The notes below the pieces were generated by a model that was not told the DNA's origin, made no database searches, and saw only the letters and a program-made list of their open reading frames with translations. The position numbers and the translations under genes were made by a program. This document shows positions 1-10,865 of a stretch of DNA of 64,000 bases, one piece after another; position 1 is the first letter of the stretch; each line of letters begins with the position of its first letter. Origin of the DNA: Octopus sinensis (lineage: Eukaryota). Where the stretch lies: assembly GCF_006345805.1 (NCBI RefSeq), contig NC_043013.1:52390001-52454000 (forward strand), in the 5' to 3' direction.

Positions 1-295
1 TTTTTTTAAAAGTATCGTACTTATTCTATCGATATCTTTTGCTAAACTGCTAGGTTAATGGGACGTAAACAAACCAACACCAGTTGTCAAGCAGTGAGGA
101 TGGCATGCACAAACCACAAAGACACACACACATGCACATACACACACATATATACGACGGGATTCAACAGAGTTTCCGTCAGGAATATTTACCCGCAAAG
201 TTTTGGCCCGGAGTTGTCATAGAAAACCCTCGACCAACAGTGGGACTGAACCGAAAACCCCGTAGCTGTAAAACGAGCCGCTTAACCACACATCC
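1..295 (-). mobile_element. Diverged tRNA/CORE-type SINE (family A)
   Basis: Matches the family-A body/tail (tacttattctatcg...gtaaacaaaccaacaccagttgtcaagc) and a degenerate head (cagtgggactgaacc...cttaaccacaca) seen in the cleaner copy at 21412-21813. Confidence 0.75.
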
Positions 296-407
296 ATACC
301 TTCGCATATTTCCAGTTTTTCTTCTAAAGAAGTATTACGCGATACAACACCGACCGCGTGAATTGATGGAATCCGTACCAGAACCTGACTCCAAAGTGTT
401 TCTTATA

Positions 408-623
408 CGCAGGGCTGCTGTAAAGTTCCTGGCTTTGAGTAAAAGAAAATACAAGAGGACCAGTTAATTATGATTTATTCAACATATTCCCCTCTCAGAT
501 TCACACATTTATTGCAGCGGTCCTTAAGTTTTTCTAAGCCCTGTAAAAGAATTCTGAAAGTTGAGCTCCCAGCCAAGGCTTTCGCAATACCCTTGAAGCC
601 AGGAACTTTTCAGCAGCCCCTCG
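408..623. mobile_element. Mariner-type MITE, ~216 bp
   Basis: Terminal inverted repeats TA|CGCAGGGCTGCTGTAAAGTTCCTGGCTT and AAGCCAGGAACTTTTCAGCAGCCCCTCG|TA, TA at both ends, no ORF. Confidence 0.85.
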
Positions 624-805
624 TATTCTTAAAATCATGGAATTAATTGTCGTGTTGTCATAAAGCAAGAAGCTAGAATTCTCTGCGATTCTTTTCGAAT
701 GGTTGTGATGGAACAATTAAAGATTTAAATTAACTTTTGAATGGCGAAACTGATGGCCACTCGTTTCTTTTGAGATAGAGTTGATTGAGAAGGGAGACTC
801 TAAAT

Positions 806-1371
806 TGGGGATTCTCAACCGGTCCACACCGACCCTTGGGGATCCACATGACCTCTGGGGGTCCGTATTACCTTTGGGAGTCCATATAAGATTTTGTTAT
901 TAAAATTTATGTGCAATATTTCTTCAATTCACGAAATATATTATTTTTTAAAATGCAATTCTTATTTGAAATTTAATTATAAAGATACAGAAAGATTTTT
1001 TTCTACATACAGTAATACCTTACTTTGCGAGGACTCGTTTTACGAGACCCTGGGTTTACGAGTTTTATCTTATAACGAATATAAGAACAGCCATTTTGTG
1101 TGTGGCAACGTCGCAACATGTGACAACACTAGTTCTGACGTGTCTACACAGCAATGAAGCCAGATGACGGCATACAATTTCATTGCTACTATGGGGAAAG
1201 TATTGCTCTGCTTTATGAGTTTTCGCTTTACGAGCGGTCTCCGGGAACAAATTAACTTTTATATCGAGGCATTGCTATACATCGAATGGCTATGGAGGTC
1301 CAGTAGAGTAGAATAGGAACGAAAGGGGTCAATAGGTTAAAAAAGGTAAAAAAAATGGTTCCGAACAACTG
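806..1371. mobile_element. hAT/Charlie-type MITE interrupted by a Tigger-like MITE
   Basis: Degenerate TIRs tggggattctcaacc / ggttccgaacaactg. The 8-bp flanks ctctaaat (798-805) and ctctaata (1372-1379) resemble the Charlie-type NTCTARAN target duplication. Confidence 0.65.
1010..1277. mobile_element. Tigger/pogo-like MITE
   Basis: TA|CAGTAATACCT at the left end and AGGCATTGCTA|TA at the right end (degenerate TIR), with internal tttacgag subterminal motifs. Confidence 0.65.
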
Positions 1372-2500
1372 CTCTAATACGTCGCTCGACGTGGTGGAAA
1401 TAGCAGCCGAAATCTCCCTGAAATCACACCCTACCGTCTTAAACAAGGAAGAGGTACGCTTAAATCTATCGAAACAGACGAGATGGTCTTTGGACGAATG
1501 ATTTGATCAAAAGTAGGGGAATCATCGTTGACCTTTGGTTAAACAGCAACAACGATAGTAACAACAACAACAACAACAACAACATGAATACGACTGAACA
1601 TAATTTGATCTTAGACTCGTTTACAAAGGAATACATTTCTAAGAACGAGATTTTCTTTCTTTCTTTCTTCCTTCCATTCTCTCTCTTTAATTTTCTTCCG
1701 ACTCTTATAATTTATGTATGTATGTATGTATGTATCTATCTATATATCTATCCGCCTGTCTGTCTATCTATCTATCTATCTATCTAATCACTTCGCTATT
1801 TCTTTCAACTCATTCTCCTTTTCTTTCATTGTCTCCCTTTTCCACACTCACCCCCTCTCTATTTCTCTCTCTCTCACCTTCTCCCACCACTCCTCTCCTC
1901 TGCCTTCCCCCCTTGTTTCATTTAAACATCATTACACGGAACGAAGTAATAAATACATATGAAGTATTCATTAGCAGAAAGAAGAGCGGGGTAGGAGGGG
2001 GTGGAGAAGCGGCAGCAGGAGGAGAGAAAGAGGAGAAGGAAGAGAATGAGAAAACAAACAAAACCCCCGAAAACAAACAGAAAGAGAAAAAAATATATTA
2101 AAGGAAGTTATATAAATTAAGAGCGAAAGAAAAGAAGAAAGAAATTAGGAAGAAAAGAAAAGAAAGGATTATATTGTCGGGGATGTGGTAGGGAATGGCG
2201 GGTGTTGGTCCTGAATGGAAGGTTAAAAAAATGTGAAATTATAATAAAGATTAAATAAGAGGAAGCCGTGTACACTCGAGCCGTTCAATGGCCGCCAGCT
2301 GAACACGAACTACTTCCGGTCTGGAATATTTATTGACACCGTGTTCCCACCACACTGTAAATAATGAAGATACGATGACACAGAAGCATACACACACGCA
2401 CACACATTCACACTCACATATATACAAAGGTACACACACACATACACGCATAGAGGTACGCACAATGCTACACAAACACTCATTCATACGCAGAACACAG

Positions 2501-2531
<31 letters not shown>

Positions 2532-2542
2532 TGTATATAGGC

Positions 2543-2587
<45 letters not shown>

Positions 2588-2824
2588 TGCAGATACGCAC
2601 TGATGTATACACATGAATGTATGCATATATACGTTGGCGTACATGCAGCTATATGTGTATATACGTGTATGATCTCAATACACAAATACACATTTTCGAA
2701 TGCAAATATACATACATATATACTGACATGGACATATACATACAAGGACTTAGTCATACAAACAAGATACATATGCACAGCATACAAATCTGTGTGTGTA
2801 TATACACATACAAAGGTACATATG

Positions 2825-2856
<32 letters not shown>

Positions 2857-3446
2857 CACGTAAATATACATGCGCACATACATACATATGTATTCAAAAA
2901 CGTATATATACATATACACACAAAATGTATGAACACATACACATACACTAATCCGAACTTGTAATATGTATAATTAACAATTATAGCTATTTGCTTCGAA
3001 GTTTCACCAATACAGGTTTTCTAATCAGTCACCATCGTTAATAATAAATGTTTTGACTTTAAAGTAATTTATTAAGTTTTTTAATTCAACGCCACGTTTT
3101 GTGCACTGTATGCTATATTGTATTTGTCAGGAGAGAAGGCAATTATTGTGGGCCTTTCTAGGGCCTCCGAGACGGGCGGGACGGAAGGAGGGATCCTTAA
3201 ACGAGAGACCCGGCTCGAATGCCTGTAACATAGTCGACTCCACTGAAGGCATTGAAGATGTCAAATGGCGGAGTTAAAAAGGTTGATAGACTGAGACTAG
3301 CAGCCAAGTAGGCCATGGCGCAATTTGAACTCGGAGCTTACAGAGTTGCAACAAAAATGGTAAAATAGTGTGACCGACTCTGACTGTTTGCTACCCAATA
3401 AAAGTACACAAATCTATAAAATAAGCACACACATACGTCTACATAT

Positions 3447-3500
<54 letters not shown>

Positions 3501-3705
3501 GAATTCACAAACACACATATCGCATCCAAAGACACATCTTTCTTTCTTCTGGTGATATTATGCTCATGTCGCATAAATGTAAGTTTTATGTTTATTGCGT
3601 ATTAATAGAAACGGCTGTAAGTGAAGACCACCAATTGCTGATAATAAAAAATAATTATTAACATCTCAATCCCCATTTTCTTCTTTTAAATGAATATAAA
3701 CTATA

Positions 3706-3742
<37 letters not shown>

Positions 3743-3789
3743 TATATATATATTATATATATATATATATATATCTATATATTATATTA

Positions 3790-3837
<48 letters not shown>

Positions 3838-3840
3838 ATT

Positions 3841-3899
<59 letters not shown>

Positions 3900-4211
3900 A
3901 TTATTTTAAGGAAATTCATTCCCCCAAATACTAGGTATTGAACCAGTATTTCCTTGCATGAAACTATACCTTCATGAGGTTATCACAACCACTAATTAAA
4001 TTTATCTACCTATCTATATATATATACACACATACACATTATTAACTTCTCAATCTCCATTTTCTTCTTTTAAATGAATGTAAACTATATGTTTATATAT
4101 ATATATATGTATGCACACATATATGTATACACACACATATATGTCCACAAGAACAGTATATATAAAGACATCTAACATCTCATGTTAGATAAAATTTTAA
4201 TATTGATTCTA

Positions 4212-4768
4212 CAGGGTCAGGCAAAATGATCTGACACATTTGTAGGTTAAATAAAAGGCATTGTTTTTCGTTTCTTTTTCAGTTCCTGCCATGAATTGGA
4301 CTGGTGAGCATCGCACTTTCATTGTGGAAACGTTTATCAAAACAAACGATTCTGTAACTACAACACAAAGAGCGTTCCGTTTGCACTTCAATCTTGGTAG
4401 ACATGATCCCGTACCAGCTCGAAACACGATCTTGTTATGGGTTACCAACTTCAGAGCAACTGGATCTGCATTGAAACGAAAATCAACCGGCCGACCTCGC
4501 ACCGCCAGAACTCCAGAAAATGTGGCAGCGGTAAGAGCTTCAGTTCAACAGTCTCCACGCCGTTCCACATTTAAATGCGCCCAGGCTCTTAGACTTTCCG
4601 AAAGAAGTTTGCGAAGAATTCTTCACAATGATCTTCAAATTTTTAAAACATAATGAAACAAAATGGCATTATATGTACTTTTCAAAAATAAAAACACTTT
4701 TTTGTTTCTTTACTTCATTTGCCTTTTATTTAACCTACAAATGTGTCATATCATTTTGCCTGACCCTG
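4212..4768 (+). mobile_element. Internally deleted Tc1/mariner element retaining the N-terminal DUF4817-type HTH of the transposase
   Basis: 49-bp TIRs with one mismatch (4212-4260, 4720-4768) and TA on both sides. ORF from ATG 4291: MNWTGEHRTFIVETFIKTNDSVTTTQRAFRLHF...KSTGRPRTARTPENVAAVRASVQQSPRRS...LSERSLRRILHNDL. No catalytic domain. Confidence 0.92.
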
Positions 4769-4805
4769 TATAATGTGCATGTATATATAGCCGTACGCCT
4801 TTATG

Positions 4806-4836
<31 letters not shown>

Positions 4837-4869
4837 TGTATGTATGTATGTAATGTATGTATATATATA

Positions 4870-4910
<41 letters not shown>

Positions 4911-4959
4911 TACATGTAAGGACACAATGCGAAATACGCGAGGAGCCAATTTATTAATA

Positions 4960-5107
4960 ATGATTCGAAACTTTTGCACGAGGCCAGCAACTTCCTGGAA
5001 AGAGTTAAGTCGATTACATCGACCCTCTCAGGGCTCAACTGGGAGTTATTTTATCGATCCCAAAATGATGAAAAGGAAAGTCGAACCCATCAGCATTTGA
5101 ACTCAGC
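4960..5107 (-). mobile_element. Diverged SINE family B
   Basis: gtcgattacatcgacc...ttttatcgatcccaaaatgatgaaaaggaaagtcga...tttgaactcag matches the reverse complement of the family-B core. Confidence 0.75.
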
Positions 5108-5109
5108 AC

Positions 5110-5283
5110 ATGAAGAATGTGCAGATTAGTCACGGTTCAGTCCATAATCACTGAAGATTTGGGTATGCGATGCGTGTCTGCCAAGTTTGTGTCAAAACTG
5201 CTTTCGCTGACCAAGAAGACACTTGGGTTTGGGCTGCACAAGATCTCCTTGATTGGGTTGAGAATGATGAAAACTATTTGAAA
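5110..5283 (+). mobile_element. Mariner transposase fragment (second HTH and linker), frameshifted
   Basis: Translates across frameshifts as ISHGSV/QSIITEDLGMRCVSAKFVSKLL/DQEDTWVWAAQDLLDWVENDENYLK, matching the mariner LGMRRVSAKFVPKLL motif. Confidence 0.88.
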
Positions 5284-5475
5284 GCTCTGCGTAGGCCTCT
5301 GAACAGGTATCGCCAAGCTTTTGGCAAAATTTGATGCAGATTCTCTGCTCAGCTTTCTCTGTCATGGTCAATGCGGCGATCACACACTACATACCTTCCT
5401 TCCAAGCACTGCTGTAAACAGAGAAAGTGAGCTAGAACGTTAAAATAGTGCACATGAACACAAGAATTTAAGGTC
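5284..5475 (-). mobile_element. Mariner transposase N-terminus plus 5' UTR, inverted relative to the adjacent fragment
   Basis: MTEKAEQRICIKFCQKLGDTCSEAYAEL is a mariner N-terminal HTH; the homology ends abruptly at ~5283. Confidence 0.88.
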
Positions 5476-5477
5476 AA

Positions 5478-5548
<71 letters not shown>

Positions 5549-5809
5549 TTAATAAGATATTACAATTATTAAAAATAATAATAAAGAGGCCAGCAAGCTT
5601 AATAGAATTATAGAAATTTAATGTAAAGTATGAACGAGAGCAAGCAGCGTCCACACGTTGGTGGAATGACATCATCAGTCTTTAAGTTTCAATTTTATAA
5701 CAGACGAAAAGAAAAAGACAGAAAAAAGATGATAGAGAAAAAAGACTGAAAGAAAGAGGAAAGAAAAGAGAGAAAAAGGAGAATATTTAATCAAACTGTT
5801 TTGATGATA

Positions 5810-6330
5810 TTCTTCTGTCATTTTATTTATTCCTCCAGGGCGTGATGTTAATAACCCGCAAACATATTTCTCCTCATGCATTCTGAGAAGTGAAAGTGAA
5901 GCAGATTCAGAATATCTTCTGAGAATATGCACTTTCTAGTCTTTTTCAAAATTGCAGCCGTTTGAAACGAAGTGTTTGGCAAGTTCTGTCGAACTACTTT
6001 TATTGTGCCTGACGTCGAATCTGCGCCGATTAAACCTTTTGTTTAATTGTTCTGTTGTACAACCAACACAAATCAAGTCGTGTTTCGTGCATTCTGCCGC
6101 GTACACCATATGGGAAACGCTATATGTCCCACCTTCTTTATAAATCATAACATTTCTGTTATGATTCTTGATGGAATTCACTTGGACTCATGTTGTTGCA
6201 CAATGAACAGGGCTTACTTCTCTTGCGGCTGTTTTTCAAGGTACAACATGCAGATACTCCAATGTTCATTTTCTTGGAGTCAGAAAAGTCAATAATTCTC
6301 TTATCTTCTTATTCCGTCTAAAGGCTACAA
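5810..6330 (-). mobile_element. Penelope-like element GIY-YIG endonuclease remnant
   Basis: CTLKNSRKRSKPCSLCNNM, then HMVYAAECTKHDLICVGCTTEQLNKRFNRRRFD...ELAKHF...CNFEKD, then HIL...LRMHEEKYVCGLLTSRPGGINK, with frameshifts. Confidence 0.85.
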
Positions 6331-6571
6331 TTTCAAAGTAGTTCGATACGAAATTGCGACACGAGATAGATTGTACAATTTCTATAATTTTGAATTTTTA
6401 TCACTTCTTATTTTGAACTCGACAAAGACAGACTTACTGTTGAAATATCGCTCAACCAATAAAATATCTATTACTATCGAATCGCGCTCTTCGACTATTA
6501 TTATTATTATTATATTATTATTATTATATTATTATTATTATTATTATCCTTAATAATAACAATAACAACAA

Positions 6572-6636
<65 letters not shown>

Positions 6637-6656
6637 ATAATAATGATAATAATAAA

Positions 6657-7145
6657 TGCCCTGATGCAGTTCCAGGCAGTAGCTCCCATGGCTTCTGATC
6701 TTAACTGATTGGAAGTGTTATCATGTACATTGTTTTGTCTTGGTATAAAAAGATGGGCAACAGCAAATATTCTGCTCAATACCACAGATTTGTTTGTCAG
6801 TTTTTTGACCTTAAACCAGTTGAGCATGTCCCTTAGTGGCTGACGACATGTTTGAATAATTCACCCTTGGAAAACATGGGTGTTTCGTTCAACATCCTTA
6901 AACAACCCTTATTCAGGGACCGTTTGAGCGGGATAGGCTACTCAACCTGAAGAAAATTCTAACTGGGCCCCACCTGCAAGGTCATGTGCTGTTTATCTTG
7001 ATATGAGATCCCCATGTCGCGCACATATGGTTGTGATGCATGTGCCTGGTGTACCTTTATCAGACGGGTAGTCATGATGGGTATACTGGGCTTCGTATAT
7101 TTGTACCCCAGTGTCACTTTGATGGCATGCACTGCTCTCTCACTC
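6657..7145 (+). mobile_element. Unclassified non-coding interspersed element embedded in (AAT)n, copy 1
   Basis: Aligns end to end with the reverse complement of 22434-22970, but lacks an internal segment present there. (AAT)n on both sides. Confidence 0.85.
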
Positions 7146-7197
<52 letters not shown>

Positions 7198-7531
7198 TCT
7201 TATGAAAGATTTTAACCTACTCATTATTGTTCGTTTTTGAATGTCGCGGTGGGCATTCAAGTGAACAGACGCGCACGTTGTAGTGAATATATTTTGAAGA
7301 ATAGTTTTATTCAGTAAGCTTAGCTGATGATTCTCAGTGCTTTTAGTACAGAAGGTGAAATCAATTGATACTAAGATATCTGTACTTTACTGTGTGGTTT
7401 TTGCAAAGATAAGGAGCTATTTTTCTTATATTCGCTGCATTAACCGTGCGTGATTATTTAATAGTGAGAAATTTGTAGCTTTGGGGTGTTGACTCTTATT
7501 TCTTGAAAAGCTGGTACTTTTGGTACCCTAA

Positions 7532-7601
<70 letters not shown>

Positions 7602-7698
7602 ATATCAACAATTGAGGGTAAAATTAATTAGTTATTAATCAATTTCACCAAGTATTCAGTATGTAAAAGGACCATTTAAGGCGAATTCAAAATATTAC

Positions 7699-7959
7699 AT
7701 TATATAATTAGGGCTTAGTAAAATAAATTACTTTGCCACATACTGAACTTGCTAGAAATAGCAGCCAAAAAAGTTTTTTTGCCATTTCCACTACTTAAAG
7801 AAAATTTCTCTCAGATAATGTTTACTCAAAATAACTCACGAATATCTGAGAGAAATTTTCTTTAAGTAGTGGAAATGGCAAAAACTTTTTTGGCTGCTAT
7901 TTCTAGCAAGTTCAGTATGTGGCAAAGTAATTTATTTTACTAAGCCCTAATTATATAAT
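7699..7959. repeat. Long near-perfect inverted repeat (arms ~118 bp, 25-nt spacer)
   Basis: 7699-7817 is the reverse complement of 7843-7959 apart from a 2-nt homopolymer length difference. Confidence 0.95.
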
Positions 7960-8342
7960 ATATATATATATATATATTCTTGTCTGTCTCCTGTCCAAGC
8001 TTGATTTCCGCGTTCGCCACCACAGACTCGTTTAGGCTTAGCAGCCCTCCTTGTTTTTTTTCACTGTCCTGTGTATGTTACCAATTTTGACCCCCCCAAA
8101 ATCCCAAATTTTATTTAATTTGCTTTGCGGGAGCAACTGTTTTATCGAAAGCGTATATTGTTGTTAAATGCTCGAAATACGAGAGTATAAAAGCAGCCAA
8201 CAACTGATGAAGGGTCTTTCTTTATGTTGTTTGTTCTGTTTACCATTTGTGTCTTTCGTTGTTCGAAAGAATAGTTCATGTTCCATGTACTCGTCCTTCG
8301 TACTTTTTTGTTGAACACTATTCATGACGTCCTGTGCCCACA

Positions 8343-8376
<34 letters not shown>

Positions 8377-8417
8377 TGTAAGTATGTACATATATGTATG
8401 TATAGATGCATATATAT

Positions 8418-8452
<35 letters not shown>

Positions 8453-8802
8453 GATGTAAGTATGTACATATATGTATGTATAGATGCATATATATATACA
8501 TATATATATATATATACACATATATATATATACATATATAATATATATATATATAATATATATATATATACACACATATATATACATATATAATATATAT
8601 ATACATATATATATATATACATATATATGTGTATATATATTATATATATATACATACATACATACATACATACATACATACGTACATTCATACATACATA
8701 GAAATACATACATACTCACAAATATATATATATACATACATATATATATATACATATATATGTGTATATATATTATTATACATAAATAGATACATACATA
8801 CA

Positions 8803-9123
8803 GTGGAAATCAGCTGCCCAGTGGATGTTAATATCAGCCATAAAGAAAATACCAACGTCAAACTATTGAGAGATCTGCAGTTACTTTATCCAGATTACAA
8901 GTTCAGAGTTATACCTGTAATTATTGGGGAACTGGAAAATGTAACACACTGCCTAAATACCAATCTTGAGACATTAAGCTTCTCAATACCAGAAAGAAGA
9001 AAGCTGATTCAAAGACTACAGATTCAAGCCATCACTGGAATCGTAAAAATCTGTGAAACTTTCAAGAATTTATCATATAAGTATATATGAACATTTCTAG
9101 ATATGCAACTATATGCATGAGAA
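8803..9123 (+). mobile_element. 5'-truncated RLE-type non-LTR retrotransposon (CATA-associated family), 3' end
   Basis: [45 protein letters not shown]...[20 protein letters not shown] is the distal half of a PD-(D/E)xK restriction-like endonuclease. Same family as 56595-56982. Confidence 0.85.
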
Positions 9124-9239
9124 TACATACATAAAACATACAAATACACACATACATACATACGTACATTCATACATACATAGAAATACATACATACTCA
9201 CAAATATATATATATATACATATATACATACATACATAG

Positions 9240-9420
9240 TTAATCCAAGCATGAAAACACAAAGAGAAAACACAACAACGCGAGGACGTGGAACAACTAT
9301 TGTGTTATTGGACGCTCAGGAAAGGAAAGAAAGAAGGAGGATTTAACGTTTCGAGCGGAGCTCTTCGTCAGAAACATAGAAAAAGAAAAAATCGAAGGAA
9401 GGGAAGAGAAAGAATATCGC
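9240..9420 (-). mobile_element. Penelope-like terminal-repeat fragment
   Basis: Homologous to 52030-52170 (shared gctcgaaacgttaaa, tttcctgagcg and ttccac blocks). Confidence 0.7.
9342..9374 (-). ncRNA. Minimal type-I hammerhead ribozyme motif
   Basis: Minus strand reads TTT-CTGACGA-A-GAGC-TCC-GCTC-GAAA-CG-TT-AAA: intact core, 4-bp stem II, 3-bp stem I, palindromic AACGTT in place of stem III. Confidence 0.65.
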
Positions 9421-10514
9421 CAATGATACACACGCGGTCACACATACATACATACATACAAGAGTTATTTTATTTATTCAGAGAATGATTCGCGAGGACG
9501 TTACTCTGATTTTGCCTTTTTCTGTGTATACAAGTGTACGTGTGTGTGTGTGTTTGTTTATGTGTGTGTGTGTGTTTGTTTATGTGTTTGTGTGTGTGTG
9601 TGTTTGTTTCAGCCCTTGCGTATGTTTATATATTTCACATAACACCCCCCGGGTAAAACAAGACCGGTGTTGGGTCAAAATAGTAACTTACTGAATTGAA
9701 TGACAATCAAAGGTCTTAGATTGAAGTAAGTTCTAGGCTAAAATTGACGATGTAAAAAACCGCCTGGAAGCAATGCCCCAGCTTGGCCGCAGCCCAGTGA
9801 GGGAAAACAATAGCAGAATATGAATGTATGTAAATGTTTATATATATTAACTTACGTGTATTTGTGCTTGTACGTAAATGTCCGTGTGTATTTGTGAAAT
9901 GCATCCATCTGTTTAACAGCACACACACACACAAACAGGCACTCGTGTATATAAGTATATATATATGTATATGTGTATATATAAGTATATATATATATGT
10001 ATATGTGTGTATATAAGTATATATATGTATATGTGTGTATATAAGTATATATATGTATATGTGTATGTGTATATATAAGTATATATGTATATGTGTATAT
10101 ATAAGTATATATGTATATGTGCATGTGTGTATATAAGTATATAAGTATATGTGTATGTGTGTATATAAGTATATATGTATATGTGTATGTGTGTATATAA
10201 GTATATATGTATATGTGTATGTGTGTATATAAGTATATACGTATATGTGTATGTGTGTATATAAGTATATATGTATATGTGTATGTGTGTATATAAGTAT
10301 ATATATGTATATGTGTATATATAACTATATATATGTATATACTTGTGTGCATGCGCGGTGTTCGTGCATTTTACTTGCCGGCGGCAAAGAGACGCGTCAC
10401 GTGTCACTGGAAGCGTGCAGAGATGTTGTAGCGATTTTATGGGTGGATGGGGGTGGGTTGGTGTTGCTGCAGCTGGGAGTGGGGATATTTGGGTATAGTA
10501 GTGACTATGATTGT

Positions 10515-10819
10515 TACATGATGCTAAGGAATATGATGATGATGATGATTATGGTGATGTTAATGATGATGATGATGATAATGATGATAATTTTAATGAT
10601 GCCGCCGCCGAAGACGACAATGAAGGGAATGATCGAGACGACGACGACGACGACGATGATGATGAGGATAATGATAATGATAATGATAATGATGATATGA
10701 TGATGATCATTATTATTATTTTAATGACGACATCGCCAAGGAAGGTGACGACGATAATGACGATGATGATGATGGTGATGATGGTGGTGATGAAGATGAT
10801 GATGATGATGATAATTTTA

Positions 10820-10853
<34 letters not shown>

Positions 10854-10865
10854 CGACGACGACGA
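10515..10865. repeat. (GAT/GAC/AAT)n degenerate trinucleotide tract
   Basis: Direct reading of the sequence. Confidence 0.95.

Noticed and set aside
3655-4095. 56-bp direct repeat (3655-3709 and 4039-4095)
   Set aside because: A short local duplication around an (AT)n tract with no element ends or internal coding; probably slippage-related.
8200-8270. CTGATGAAGGG hammerhead-like 5' core
   Set aside because: No paired stem II or appropriately placed GAAA-NUH found downstream.
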